A stretch of 62,978 bases of DNA, counting the filler, from Jimgerdemannia flammicorona (lineage: Eukaryota): NCBI GenBank assembly GCA_003990765.1. It is 3 parts of 3 records of this genome, joined end to end, with 100 filler letters (N's around TTAATTAATTAA, not from the genome) between each part and the next. Parts side by side here need not be neighbours in the genome. Positions count along the whole stretch, not along the records: positions 21,031 to 41,958 come from RBNJ01001566.1; 2 more parts are not named here. One strand, written 5' to 3'. Below are positions 26,602-38,825 of this stretch, piece by piece (positions within the stretch are counted from its first letter, which is position 1; every line of letters begins with the position of its first letter). The translations under genes were made by a program, and so were the position numbers. Under the pieces are notes generated by a model, which made no database searches, was not told the DNA's origin, and saw only the letters and a program-made list of their open reading frames with translations.

Positions 26602-28132
26602 TGTAACAGACCAAAATGTACCACCTGAATTATAACTTAACCAGACAACATGAACAATTAGCATACTTACTCAGCATGATGTGACTTCCAGTATATTATA
26701 GTTACTCATGCTCGCCACACTTATAATTAGCCAAGACACCAGATCAGGATTATTTACCTGTGTCCTGAGGACACACTCATGTCCGGCGGACACACTCATG
26801 TCCTGCAGACATACTCATGTCCTGTGGACACACCTGTACCCAGAGGACACACCCAAACATTACCAAAGATAGCAAATCTATAGTTAGCCACATAGTAACC
26901 AGATAGCAACCAACTTGTATAAATTACCCTAGAGGCGCAAGTGAATAAAACCTTAGTCTGAATTGAAGTGCAAACCAAAGAAGCCTCTAAAGATTGAGCA
27001 ATTGGTCCTCTTATTCCCACTCTGGTCCACTTTCCAATACAAAGAAGAGTTTGTTACGTTTTTGGTTCGCTTGCCAGATAAGCCTGAAGATTTGCCACCT
27101 AAGTTTAAGGAGAACTTTGCCGCCTTTTGAAGAACCCGCCACTTAAAGGAATAAGCTGTGCTATTGGTATGCTTACCAGATAAGCCTGAAGAACCCTATC
27201 CTCTGCCTTCCCAAGAAAGCCGCCTTGCTCAAGCTAGTTTCTGATGCAACTTCGCAGTGATCTGTTCACACAAACGAAGCCAGTCTTTGATGCAACTTTG
27301 CCAAGAGACCCTTTCCAAGAATGCCACCAGTAGTTCATATTCCCAGTTGAAGCCGCTGATTTAGAAGAATCTGCGCCACCCGAGTTATTTCCCAGAAGCC
27401 CGCCGATTCAGGAAGAATCCACGCCATCCCATTTCCCAGTTAGAACCCTGCCGATTCAGGAAGAATCTGCGCCATCTGAGTTAATTCCCAGTTAAGCCAC
27501 CATTTTCAAGAAGTCTGCTGATTCAGGAAGAATCTGCGTCATTCGCCGTTTTCAAGTTATCCACATTCCCAGAGAATCCATGCCACCTGAGTCGCTGTTC
27601 CCAGAGGAGCCCAACCCGTGACATCTGAGTTATTCGTCATTTCCAGTGAGCCCGGAAGAATCCACTGCCTGTACTATTTCCAATAACAAGAACCCACGCC
27701 ATATATTCCCAGAGAGCCAAATCAGGTTATCTGCCGAATTATCAGAACATCTGCATAAGGAACCCATCGCGCTACACAGAGATCGTCATGCAGAAATCAC
27801 ATAAGAAGAACTATTAAATTGCCAGACCATCACACACAAGGAGATCATCGCGCTACACAGAAATCACCTATCACTCAAGAAGGAAACTGCTCGCACTACA
27901 CACAAATTGTGCCATTCCCAGTTGACCCAAGAAGGAAAAGACATACAAATCGCTGCTACACCCAGAGAACTGTCCCAATAAGGAAACTGCTTGCACAGTA
28001 TCCAGATCTTGACTATTATACCACTAAACACCAAGAACATTTTGTTGCTTTTAACAAAGTAACTGGGGGCTCAAGCCAAACTACATCAACCCCCAACCTT
28101 GTAATTTGCCTCCATTGAGCTGGCATGATACA
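26602..28132 (+). repeat. Family B 5' LTR
   Basis: TGTAAC...GATACA; direct repeat of 35747-37286. Confidence 0.95.
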
Positions 28133-28134
28133 TT

Positions 28135-28151
28135 TGGGGGCTCAACTGGGA
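28135..28151 (+). promoter_or_regulatory. Primer-binding site, tRNA-Pro-like
   Basis: TGGGGGCTCAACTGGGA two bases after the LTR; resembles the tRNA-Pro PBS TGGGGGCTCGTCCGGGA. Confidence 0.75.
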
Positions 28152-28201
28152 AGATTTCAAAATTGACGTGACTTTTTAGCTCACAAGAACCCACAGTCAA
28201 A

Positions 28202-31200
28202 CTGGATACATTTGATACAACACCAACCTCTGCTACTACAGGAGAACCAGTCATCACTAGCATTTAGACAGGAAGAGAAGTAATCACCTCGAGACTTGTC
28301 AACTACCCAGCATCAGAAGAATCTCAACCAGAAGCAGGAGGCAGTATAGCCTGAAACCCTCAGCCAGATCAACCAGATCAACCAGATCAACCAGATCAAC
28401 CAGACAATACAGGTAGCCCTGCTGGAGATTTTGGAGAACTTGCATAAGAACTAGAAGACTTTATTACCCAGACCCAACACCTTACAGCCAGACACCCCAC
28501 ATCAGTCCCACTAATTTCACCAATAGAACCCCTACCACAATCTCTTGCAGAACTAGAAGTAGCTCCTACAAGGATACCTAGGCCTACTCTACCTCACCCA
28601 AGGACCAGAACACCATCTTTAAGATACCTAAGCACCCTGGTCTCTAGTGACAATTCAGAAAGTGAATCAGAATCAGAATCCGAATTCGAACCAGAATCAG
28701 AAGAAAGTGACAAAGAAATGGCCACCTCATTGCCAATCTTTGCAGGATACCTGGAGGAAGACCCCAGAGAATTCCTTGATGGAATCGAAGGAATTGCAGC
28801 CTTGAGGAATCTCTCAGATGAAAGGAAAATTGCCATCTACAAAGCTCAGCTCAGAGAACCAGCCAGAGGGATTTTCCATCAAACAGCAAACAACCCAGAT
28901 TCTGAACTAGCAAGACAGATACAAGCAGCAGTCTCCTATGAGCTAGAATATCAGGCCATGGTCTACTGGCTCATAGAAAAGTATGCAGGAAATGAAACCT
29001 GCCACAAGGCTCAGGAATCTATCATGGGAATGAAGATGAATCTTGGAGAATCACCCAGAGCCTTCTTTATAAGAATCCAGAAGAGAATGCATTCTGCTGG
29101 GTTCAATGCCACCAACCAAGACATCATATGTAGGTCCAATGACCTTCATGAATGGAATTCCCCTGAATATTGCCCAGCATGTCTACACCCTAGGCATCAG
29201 AAGGTCCGAAGAGCAAGTAGATGTAGCCCAAGGATTCTTTGATGTCAGGCAAGGAACTACCTGGAGTGACCATGACAAGAAGGAAGATAAAGAAGATATC
29301 TTGGTCAAAGCCCTGCAAGGACTCCTTCAAGGACAAGAAAGATCTGAAGAAAGAAGGCTAGCCAAGGAAGAAAAGAAGGACAGAAGCAAAATTCAAGACC
29401 TCAGCTCCAAGTTAGACTGATTGGTTGGACAGATTGAAAAACTCACCACACGCGAAAATCAGGACTACCAAAACAACAGAGGGTACCCACCACAGAGGAA
29501 CCAAGGTTATCCATCAAGAGATAACAGGAATTACCAGCAAGAAGAAAGAAGGTACTCTGTCCGAGACAGAGCCCAAGTCCAATACTTCCACTGTGGACAA
29601 CTTGGACACTATGCCACTGAATGTGACAACAAAAAAAGTGACCAAAGGGACTCAGAACCACCAAACCAAAGAAATGACACCCAGTACAAGAAGACTGAAG
29701 CCCATCCTGTTGAAGATTTCGAGGAAGCAAGCAACAGTGAAGACTACAGTGACCTAGACTTGTACCCTATGAAGGTTACCACCCAAAAGACAGTCTACCC
29801 AGCAGAGAAAAGAAAGAGACCTGTGGGAAGACCATCCAGGAACATCAGCAGAAGAATCATTCAAGAAGAAGATGAGGAACATGAGGAGGAACAAGTTGAA
29901 ACACCTCCCCAAACCCCCTCACCTTTTGTGCCTGAGACAAATAAGTTGCCACCAGAAGATGAAGAAATGGAACAAGAAGAACGGGAACCTGCTGCTCCAA
30001 AGCCTAAGAAGAAGTACACCCTGAAGACCATGCCTAGAGACATTTACAATAAAGCCTGGCAGAAGATCCAAGAAGCCAAGATGGAAGTTCCTCTCCTGCA
30101 GTTCTTGCAACTGACACCAGCTGGAGTCCGAAACAAATTGCTGAGAACCACCAGGTCTAGCACTGGCCGAGTTCCAATCCCACAGCAAGAACCAGCCTCC
30201 ATCCCTGTCCAAGCAGCCGAAAGACATGTCAGCACCTACTTACATGGAGACATTGGAGGACAAAAAGCAAAAATCCTCATAGATACAGGAGCAGCTGTTT
30301 GTGTCATTGTCAAATGATTCTTGGACACCCTCCAATGGCCCATTGATGGACCATCCAACCTCAGCATCATAGTAGCAGATGGAGCCCAAACTCAACCCCT
30401 TGGTGAAGTATGAAATATCACCATCTCCCTTAGACACATTCAGTTCTCCATCCCCAAAGCTGTTGTCACCAAAGCTGTCACCTATGACATGATTCTTGGT
30501 ACCAACTGGATGAAGGAAATGAATGCAGTTATTAATATTGGCCAACAAGTACTCAAGTTTGACTACCGAGGCAAGAAGTATAGAGTTAAGGTGACCAGCT
30601 ATGAGCAATCAAAGAAGAAAAAGAAGGTCACTATTCAAGAAGAATATGCCAGTAGTGAGGAGTCTACTACAGAAGAGGAAGAAGAATCCGAAGATGGAAA
30701 TGATCCCAGACTCAATCCACGAATTAACCTGGTGGATGACAGACCAGAAGACAATGTGTGGGCCAAGAACACTATCCCTATCACTATTGGAGCTATCGCA
30801 GGAGAGACCAAAGGATGCCCTACATGCCTCAAGAGACACAAGTATCCCAAGCACTCCTCCAAGATCATAGGAAAAAGGAAATCACCTGATGCAGCCTGCC
30901 CAGAATGCAGAAGAAAGAAGAAGAAATGCAGACATGTTCCAGAAATACCTGCGACCAAAGCTGCAGAAGTACAAGTAATTTGGGGTCAAGAATCATCTGA
31001 GGAAGAAGAAACTTCTGATCAAGAAGTTCCTGAACAAGAAGCACCTGATGAAGAAGAAGTCCCTGAACTCATCCCCTGGGATAACCCTCACTGGACACCA
31101 CCTGAAGACAATGACCCCTGGAATACAGAGGAAGGACCCAGTACTATCACTATTATCCCCAAGAAAGAAACCCACCAAGAGAAAGCTTTTCAGCTAGGAA

Positions 31201-32723
31201 GATGTCCACATCAAATGGTCTTCCACTCTCCCCGAGACTACTGCTATCAGTGTCATCTGTTGGATCAACAAGAAAGACAGAGACCCCAGAGACCAGAACC
31301 CCCAACTACTCTTACACAGTCCACCACCTTTCAAGAAGTCACCACAAGGCTACAAAGTCAATTTAGGGGACAAGGCTTCTTCACCTGAACAGAAATCTAC
31401 CCCTTGTCTACCCTTCCCCCAACCTATGATCAAGATGGGTACCAATTCCCAAGACAACAAGAGATAAATAGCCAGGAACATCATTTCCGAGCAATGGGAT
31501 ATTGCAACTATGAGAGACACCCTGATTGCCGAGACTGCAGACATCAGAAGATTCACCTCAGTCATGATGTTGTAGTGTACACCTTGAAGAAAGGAGATAA
31601 CCAAAGCCAGATCCAAAAGAGTCAGATTCGAAAAAGCCAGACCAAGAAGCCTGGAAAAAGAATTCTCAAGATCTACAATTTGAGAGAAGACATCCTAGCT
31701 CTTATCAGACATGCAACCCACCAAGGATGGGCAGAAGATGCAACCAACTTTATAGAAGCCCTTGACCCTACAGGAAGGAGGGGAATCAATTACCTCTGAG
31801 ACCCCTCTACTGGAGCCAGGTGGCCACACCTCAACCTTAGAGCTTGGAGACTCTCTGCTAGTGGAGCTTCAGCCTTAGGAAAGCCAGAACTCAGCAAGGA
31901 TATTGCCCAGTATGCCCTGCTGCACCCCAAGGCCAAACCTCTGAGCAAAGCCCATCCAGAGGATATAGGATATGATCTTCACAGCCTGGAGGACAAATCT
32001 ATCAAGCCTGGGAAAACCTTCATGGTCAGAACTGGATTGGCCATGCAGCCACCCCAAGGAGCTTATATTCAACTGACCTCAAGGTCTGGACTTGCCAGAC
32101 AAGGGATAACTGTAGAAGGAGGAACCATTGACCCTAGATATACAGGCGAAATCAAGGTTATCCTACACAACAGCAGTGCAGAATGGCACTGAATCATTAG
32201 AGGACAGAAGATTGCCCAAGCAGTCTTCATGAAGGTCAAGACCCCACAGTTACAGGAAGTCTCTGAACTAACTGAAGGAACAAGACAAGCTGAAGGATTT
32301 GGAAGTTTAGACAGAAAAGAGGTACATCTCCTTCAAGTCAACTGCCTCAAGAGGAATGTTCCCCAGCAAGTATACTGGCAACCAGTCAGACTGCACAAGA
32401 ATCTCATCCTGGAGCCTAGAGAACAAACCACTTTCGAAATCTTTGCACCACCCGACCCCAGGAACCTTTTCTTTGAACCCAAGGAAGATATCCTACACCT
32501 GGATATAGAGGGACACACATTCCCTGACAAAATGAACCCAGTATACTCCCGAGCAACCAACCAAAGTTGAGAGACCATCATCCTGCCGAAAGGAACCATC
32601 ATAGGACATCTGGTACCTTTTCTCAACCGAACACATAGAGAAGTTTATGAACTAAACCTATCGGGAAACGGCAAAAGGTCCCAGAAGAAAGGAAAGGCCC
32701 CTCTGCAACCCAGGAGACAGTGA
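28202..32723 (+). pseudogene. Gag (CCHC knuckle)-aspartic protease-Cys/His-rich region-dUTPase polyprotein
   Basis: YFHCGQLGHYATEC (first Cys decayed), ILIDTGAAVCV, MILGTNW; one frameshift near 29130; internal stops mostly TGA/TAG; true start uncertain. Confidence 0.88.
31910..32310 (+). pseudogene. dUTPase domain
   Basis: GYDL, TSRSGLA, GGTIDPRYTGEIKV, GQKIAQ, RQAEGFGS = five trimeric dUTPase motifs; one TGA. Confidence 0.93.
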
Positions 32724-34135
32724 AGCCTTCCACCAACATTGGAGAAGAATTGACACCTCAACAACAGCAATAACTAGTAGAACTTCTCAACAAATATCAA
32801 GATATCTTCACCACTGATTATGGCAACCTGCCATACAACCTATCATATCACCACAGCATAAATACAGGAAATGCAACACCCATCCAGCAGAAACCCTATA
32901 GAATACCCCATCACTTGAAAACATTCGAAAAGGAGCACATCCAAGAACTCTTAGACAATGGAGCCATCCGACCCTCTACCAGCCCCTGGGCCAGCCCTAT
33001 ACTTATTGTACCAAAGAAAGGAGGATGGAGACTCTGCGTGGATTACAGAAAACTCAACTCAGTCACTGAAAAGGATGCTTATTCTTTGCCCAGAATCGAT
33101 GATCTTTTGGACCAGTTACAAGATGCCAGATACTTCAGCAGTATGGACCTCTTCACAGGATTTCATGAGATCCTCATGGACCCCAAGGACATTCAAAAGA
33201 CAGCCTTCCTTGCTCTAGGAAAACTGTTTGAATACCTCTGAATGCCCTTTGGACTTTGCAATGCACCCCCCACCTTCCAGAGGATGATAAACTCAGTCTA
33301 TGCCCCCTTGATCCACCACTGTCTGATTGTATACATGGATGACTCCAACATCTATTCAGCAAATTTCGAAGAACACCTGCGCCACCTAGAGGAATTCTTC
33401 AAGCTCACCCGCAAGAATCACTTAAGACTAAATGCAAAGAAATGCTACTTTGGAAAACAGAAACTCGAATTTCTTGGATTCGTGGTCTCAAAAGAAGGAA
33501 CTCATACAGATCCAAAGAAAACCGAGAAGATCAACAATTGGCCAGTACCCAAGACTCCAAAAGAAATACTATCATTCCTGATGCTAGTATCCTACTACAG
33601 AAGATTCATCAAGGATTTTGCCCAAATTGCTGCCCTAATCCGAATCCTTCTCAAGAAAGGAATGACATTCAAGTGGACAGAATTACAGGAAAAAGCCTTC
33701 AGAGAACTCAAGAACCACATGACTACAGCACCAATCCTTGTGCGCCCCAATCTATAGAAGCCATTCATCTTGTATACAGATGCTTCCAAAGATGGCCTCG
33801 GAGCAGTTCTAGCCCAAGAAGGACCTGACCAACAGCACCATATAATAGCTTATGCAAGCAGGGCTACCAATCAGCAGCAGATGAACTATGGCAGCACCAA
33901 ACTGGAATGCCTTGCAGTCATATGGGTGGTCACCCTGTTCAAGCATTACCTCATCAGAAAAAGATTCACTCTGATCACAGACCATGCAGCCCTCAAATGG
34001 CTATTCAACTGCAAGGAACCTGCTGGAATTCTAGCCTGCTGAATCCTTATCCTCCAGGATTACAAAATCACCATCATTCACAAAGCAGGGAAAGCCCACA
34101 ACAATGTTGATGTACTTTCCTGCCAGCCCCAATGA
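32666..34135 (+). pseudogene. Reverse transcriptase-RNase H (-1 frame)
   Basis: WASPILIVPKKGGWRLCVDYRKLN, MPFGLCNAP, YMDD, YTDAS, TDHAAL. Confidence 0.95.
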
Positions 34136-35211
34136 ATCAGAGGAAGGGTGTCCCAAGGAACCACACCCTAAAAGAAGCTCCTCAGACTATCAAAGCACAA
34201 GAAGATCTTATCTGAAAAGAACATCAGAAAGCCCACCAAGGACAGACAAGCATAGAAGATAGGATTCGAAAACAATATCAACATTGGCCCCACCTCAGAA
34301 CTCAAGTTCGAGACATCATCCAGAAATATGACATCTGCCAGAAGTACCAAGGAAAGAAGAACTATCAAGCCCCTCTGCAACCGATTCCCCCACCCACTCA
34401 CATCTTTCAAAGATGGGGAGTAGATGTAATTGGACCTCTACCAGTTACACCAAGAAGAAACAAATACATCCTTGTATTTGTAGAATATCTGACCAAGTGG
34501 CCCGAGGCTTTCCCAATGGAAATCGCAGATGTCTTAACCATTGTAGGCCTCCTCCATGGACTCACACTCAGATATGGACCTGCAGAAGAACTTATCTCTG
34601 ACTGAGGCACAGAATTTGTCAACAACATAATCACAAGTTATGCCCAAATTCAAAAGATCCACCTCAAAAGGACCACATCATACCACCCCCAGACCAATGG
34701 CATGATAGAAAGAATGAACCAGACCATCAAGAAAGAACTTGCCCAAGTCAACCTTATTAATTGGGACCTCTGCTTACCTGAGATCCTATGGGAAATTCGG
34801 AACACCCCTGCCACATCTACCAAACAAAAGCCATTCGAAATGATGTTTGCCAAGAAAACCAGAACTGCTGACCATGAGAATCTCGAAGACCTCCTCAAGA
34901 AGACAGAACAGTTACGAAATCAAGTCCAAGGACAGATTATCAAAGCCCAGGAAAGACAAAAGAAGTATTATAACCAAAAACAGAAGGATCAGGAGATCAG
35001 GATTGGAGATTAAGTCCTAGTTTGGAGAAGCATGATCGAGACAAACTTTGCCACCAAACTGAAACCAAAATAGGAAGGACCTTATCTTGTACACAACATC
35101 AGAGAAACCAGCATCTATTTAAGAAGCATAGATGGATGAACCCTGAGAACACCAGTACACATCAATCGCCTCAAGATATACTTCCCCTCACACTATGAAC
35201 TAGAGAATTGA
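34132..35211 (+). pseudogene. Integrase (separate reading frame)
   Basis: HQKAHQG..YDICQK zinc motif, WGVDVIGPLP, SD*GTEF, YHPQTNGMIER, GPY; no chromodomain visible. Confidence 0.92.
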
Positions 35212-35707
35212 CAACCACCTCCAAACTCTTGTTCTCAGTTCCCTCCAAGCCCTACCAGTTCCCTTGCCTCAGTTCTGGGAACCCAATGGAATGTATCTTC
35301 AGAAAATCCAAGTTCATCAAGAGAACCTCACTTTGGCTGAGAGGCTACTCTAGGTTCACCAGCTGTAGGCATATTATACAATTGGAGAACAATTGCAGAA
35401 TCTTCCTCTCCCAGACCTAGCCTATGTCCGAAACACCACTGGCCTGAATAGAAGGAACACTACTGCTGCAGACAGACTATATACAATATACAAACGAAAT
35501 CCTTCTGCCTTAATCCAGGCCCAGTTTTCCCTGAATGACCTCCAAAGGATGACACAGCCCACCTACCTCAGCATTATTCACCAAGTGGAGATCCTATTTC
35601 CCAAAGAAGAAGAAGAGCCCCTAGAATGGAGTGACCATAGCTCAGATGATGATGATGGAACAGGTATAGATGCAGAAGCTGCTTATGTCTATTGGGATGA
35701 TGACTGA
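35195..35707 (+). pseudogene. Extra 3' ORF (about 170 codons), homologue of the family A LTR protein
   Basis: ATG at 35195 in frame with ORF 35393..35707; three TAG stops explainable as CAG>TAG; acidic tail. Confidence 0.75.
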
Positions 35708-35746
35708 AGAATAGTCTGGGGCAGACTACCCTTCAGTGGGGGCTGA

Positions 35747-37286
35747 TATAATAGACCAAAACGTACCACCTGAATTATAACTTAGCCAGACGACGCGAAC
35801 AATTAGCATACTTACTCAGCATAATGTGGCTTCCAGTGTATCATAGTTACTCATGCTCGCCACACTTATAATTAGCCAAGACACCAGATCAGGATTGTTT
35901 ACCTGTGTCCTGAGGACACACTCATGTCTGGCAGACACACTCATGTCCTGCGGACACACTCATGTCCTGCAGACACACTCATGTCCTGTAGACACACCTG
36001 TACCCAGAGGACACACCCAAACATTACCAAAGATAGCAAATCTATAGTTAGCCACATAGTAACCAGATAGCAACCAACTTGTATAAATTACCCCAGAGGC
36101 ACGAGTGAATAAAACCTCAGTCCGAATTGAAGTGCAAACCAAAGAAGTCTCTAAAGATTGAGTAATTGGTCCCCTTATTCCCACTCTGGTCCACTTTCTG
36201 ATACAAAGAAGAGTTTGTTACATTTTTGGTTTGCTTGCCAAATAAGCCTGAAGATTTGCCACCTAAGTTCAAGGAGAACTTCGCCGCCTTTTGAAGAACC
36301 TGCCACTTAAAGGAATAAGCCGCGCTATTGGTACACTTGCCAGATAAGCCTGAAGAACCCTATCCTCCACCTTCCCAAGAAAGCCGCCTTGCTCAAGCCA
36401 GTTTCTGACACAACTTTGCAGTAATCTGTTTGTGCAAACAAAGCCAGTCTTTGATGCAACTTTGCCAAGAGACCCTTTCCAAGAATGCCGCCAGTAGTTT
36501 GTATTCCCAGTTGAAGCTGCCGATTTAGAAGAATATGCGCCACCTGAGTTATTTCCCAGAAGCCTGCCAATTCAGGAAGAATCTACGCCATCCCATTTCC
36601 CAGTTAGAATCTCACTGATTCAGGAAGAATCTATGCCATCCGAGTTAATTCCCAGTTAAGCCGCCATTTTCAAGAAGTCTGCTGATTCAGGAAGAATCTG
36701 CGTCATTCGCCATTTTCAAGTTATCTGCATTCCCAGAGAATCTGCACCACCCAAGTCGCTGTTCCCAGAGGAGCCCAACCCACAACATCCGAGTTATTTG
36801 TCATTCCCATTGAATCCACTGCCTGTACTATTTCCAGTAACAAGAACCCACACCATATATTCCCAGGGAGCCAAATCGGGTTATCCGCCGAATTATCAGA
36901 ACATCCACATAAGGAACCTGTCGCGCTACACAGAGATCGTCATGCAGAAATCACATAAGGAGAACCGTTAAATTGCCAGACTGTTATACACAAGGAGATC
37001 ATCATGCTATACAGAAATCACCTATCACTCAAGAAGGAAACTGCTCATGCTATATACAAATTGTACCATTCCCAGTTGACCCAAGAAGGAAAAGACATAC
37101 AAATCGCCACTACACCCAGAGAACTGTCTCAATAAGGAAACCGCTCACATAGTATCCAGATCTTGACTATTATACCACTAAACACCAAGAACATTTTGTT
37201 GCTTTTAACAAAGTAACTGGGGGCTCAAGCCAAACTACATCAACCCCCAACCTTGTAATTTGTCTCCATTGAGCTGGCATGTTACA
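35747..37286 (+). repeat. Family B 3' LTR
   Basis: Decayed start TATAATAGACC after AGTGGGGGCTGA; ends TGTTACA. Confidence 0.95.
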
Positions 37287-37339
37287 CTATCTAGCAATTA
37301 CATGCTCAGTCTAGCTATTAGTGTTGCTTTTTTTTTTTT

Positions 37340-38280
37340 TTCCAATACTCTCTCTTTGTTTACACTCTTTTATTTGTATTCTCTTGTTCATGCTCTCTTA
37401 TTTGTACTCTCTTGTTCACACTCTCTTATTTATACTTCCTTATTTATACTCTCTCATTTGCACTCTCTCATTCATACTCTCTTATTCACACTCTCTCATT
37501 TGTGCTCTCTTATTTGTACTTCCTTATTCAAACTTCTTCATTTGCACTTTCTTATTCATCCTCATTTGCACTCCCTCTCTCATTCATACTCACCTATTCT
37601 TGCTTCTGTGAATCTTATTAAGTACTTAAAGAAATCTTTTCTAGATAGCTCATCTCATTTCTTACCACTCAAAAAAAGACTCCAACAAATCTACTACCTG
37701 TTTCTCTCTGCTAGAAGTGGCTCAAAAAAGCTCCAAATCTTATAGCTCAAAAAAAGCTTTGAATCTCATAGTATAAAAAAAGCTCTAAATCTTGTAGCTT
37801 GAAAAAAGCTCTGAATTTTACAGCTTGAAAAAAGCTCTGAATCTCATCTGAGTATCTCAGATCAGTTCAGATTAGTTTACATTAGTTTATATCAGTTTGC
37901 AGTATAGATACTTATATTTTTTGAAGCTCATTTTTGTTGTATCTTACTCTATCTCATTTCTCTTACTTTGCCTCATTTCTCTTACTCTGTCTGGTCCCCT
38001 CACTCTGCCTCATCTCCTCACTTTGCCTTATTCTCTTACTCTGCCTCATCTCCTTACTCTGTCTCACCCTATCTCATCACTCTACCTCACTCTGCCTTGC
38101 TGTTCATTCTGATGTTCTGTCTCATTATCTTGTCAATCTATCTTGTCACTCTGTTCTTGCTACTCTATTCTCACTACCCTGTTCTCACTACTCTGTTCTT
38201 ACTACCAATTACATCTTACTACCCACATCAGTATACTATCTAGGTACTCTATCTCACTACCCTTTTTTCCATTCCTAGAT
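37340..38280. repeat. Low-complexity CT-rich degenerate repeats, including AAAAAAGCTCTGAATCT units at 37725-37845
   Basis: Recurring CTCTCATTCATA/CTCTCTTATTT motifs. Confidence 0.7.
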
Positions 38281-38399
38281 GCATCTTGATGCTCATTTCA
38301 GGTGTGTTGCATTTATTCTGCATTGTATGCTTACTTCCTACTATGGTGGTGGCTTAGCTATAATAGTGGCTTGACTGTAGTAGTAGCTTACCTGTAGGG

Positions 38400-38740
38400 G
38401 TAAGAGTAACTTAGAGGCTGGTCATGAGAGTGTTCTATGATCTATACCAATAACATACTCTCTTACTTGAGGAGGACCTCTTGTAGCTGGTCTCTGGCAT
38501 TCTGTTCTAGATAGTATTAGCTTCAGTAGAGACTGGTCAGAGAGGTGTCTCCTGATCTGTACTAATGAAATACTCTCTCTCTCAAGGATCTCTTACAGCC
38601 AGTCTCTATCATCTTGTCTTAGGTAGTATTAGCCCAGAAGGGGCTAGTTGGAGGGGTGTCTCCCAATCTGTACTAACAAAGTACTTTCTCATCTGAGGAG
38701 GACCTCTTATGATTAGTCTCTGATATCCTATTCTGAGCAG
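38400..38740. repeat. About three degenerate 115-120-bp tandem units
   Basis: Recurring GATCTGTACTAA...ACTCTCT...GAGGACCTCTT...GTCTCT. Confidence 0.7.
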
Positions 38741-38771
<31 letters not shown>

Positions 38772-38825
38772 TTTTCTCCTTTTTTTTTTTTTTTTTTTTT
38801 TCCTTTTTTTTTTTTGCCAGTTTTT

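Larger units (their letters stand above)
26602..37286 (+). mobile_element. Complete Ty3/Gypsy element (family B), 10.7 kb, inactivated by point mutations
   Basis: Paired LTRs, PBS, gag-PR-dUTPase, RT-RNase H, integrase, extra ORF; TSD CTAT at 26598-26601 and 37287-37290. Confidence 0.96.

Noticed and set aside
30890..30935. Host Zn2Cys6 transcription factor
   Set aside because: Only three of six cysteines, and it lies in frame inside the retroelement polyprotein
35195..35707. Envelope gene
   Set aside because: Too short and lacks signal peptide, furin site and transmembrane anchor
37260..38278. Hydrophobic ORFs resembling membrane proteins
   Set aside because: Translation of low-complexity CT-rich repeats
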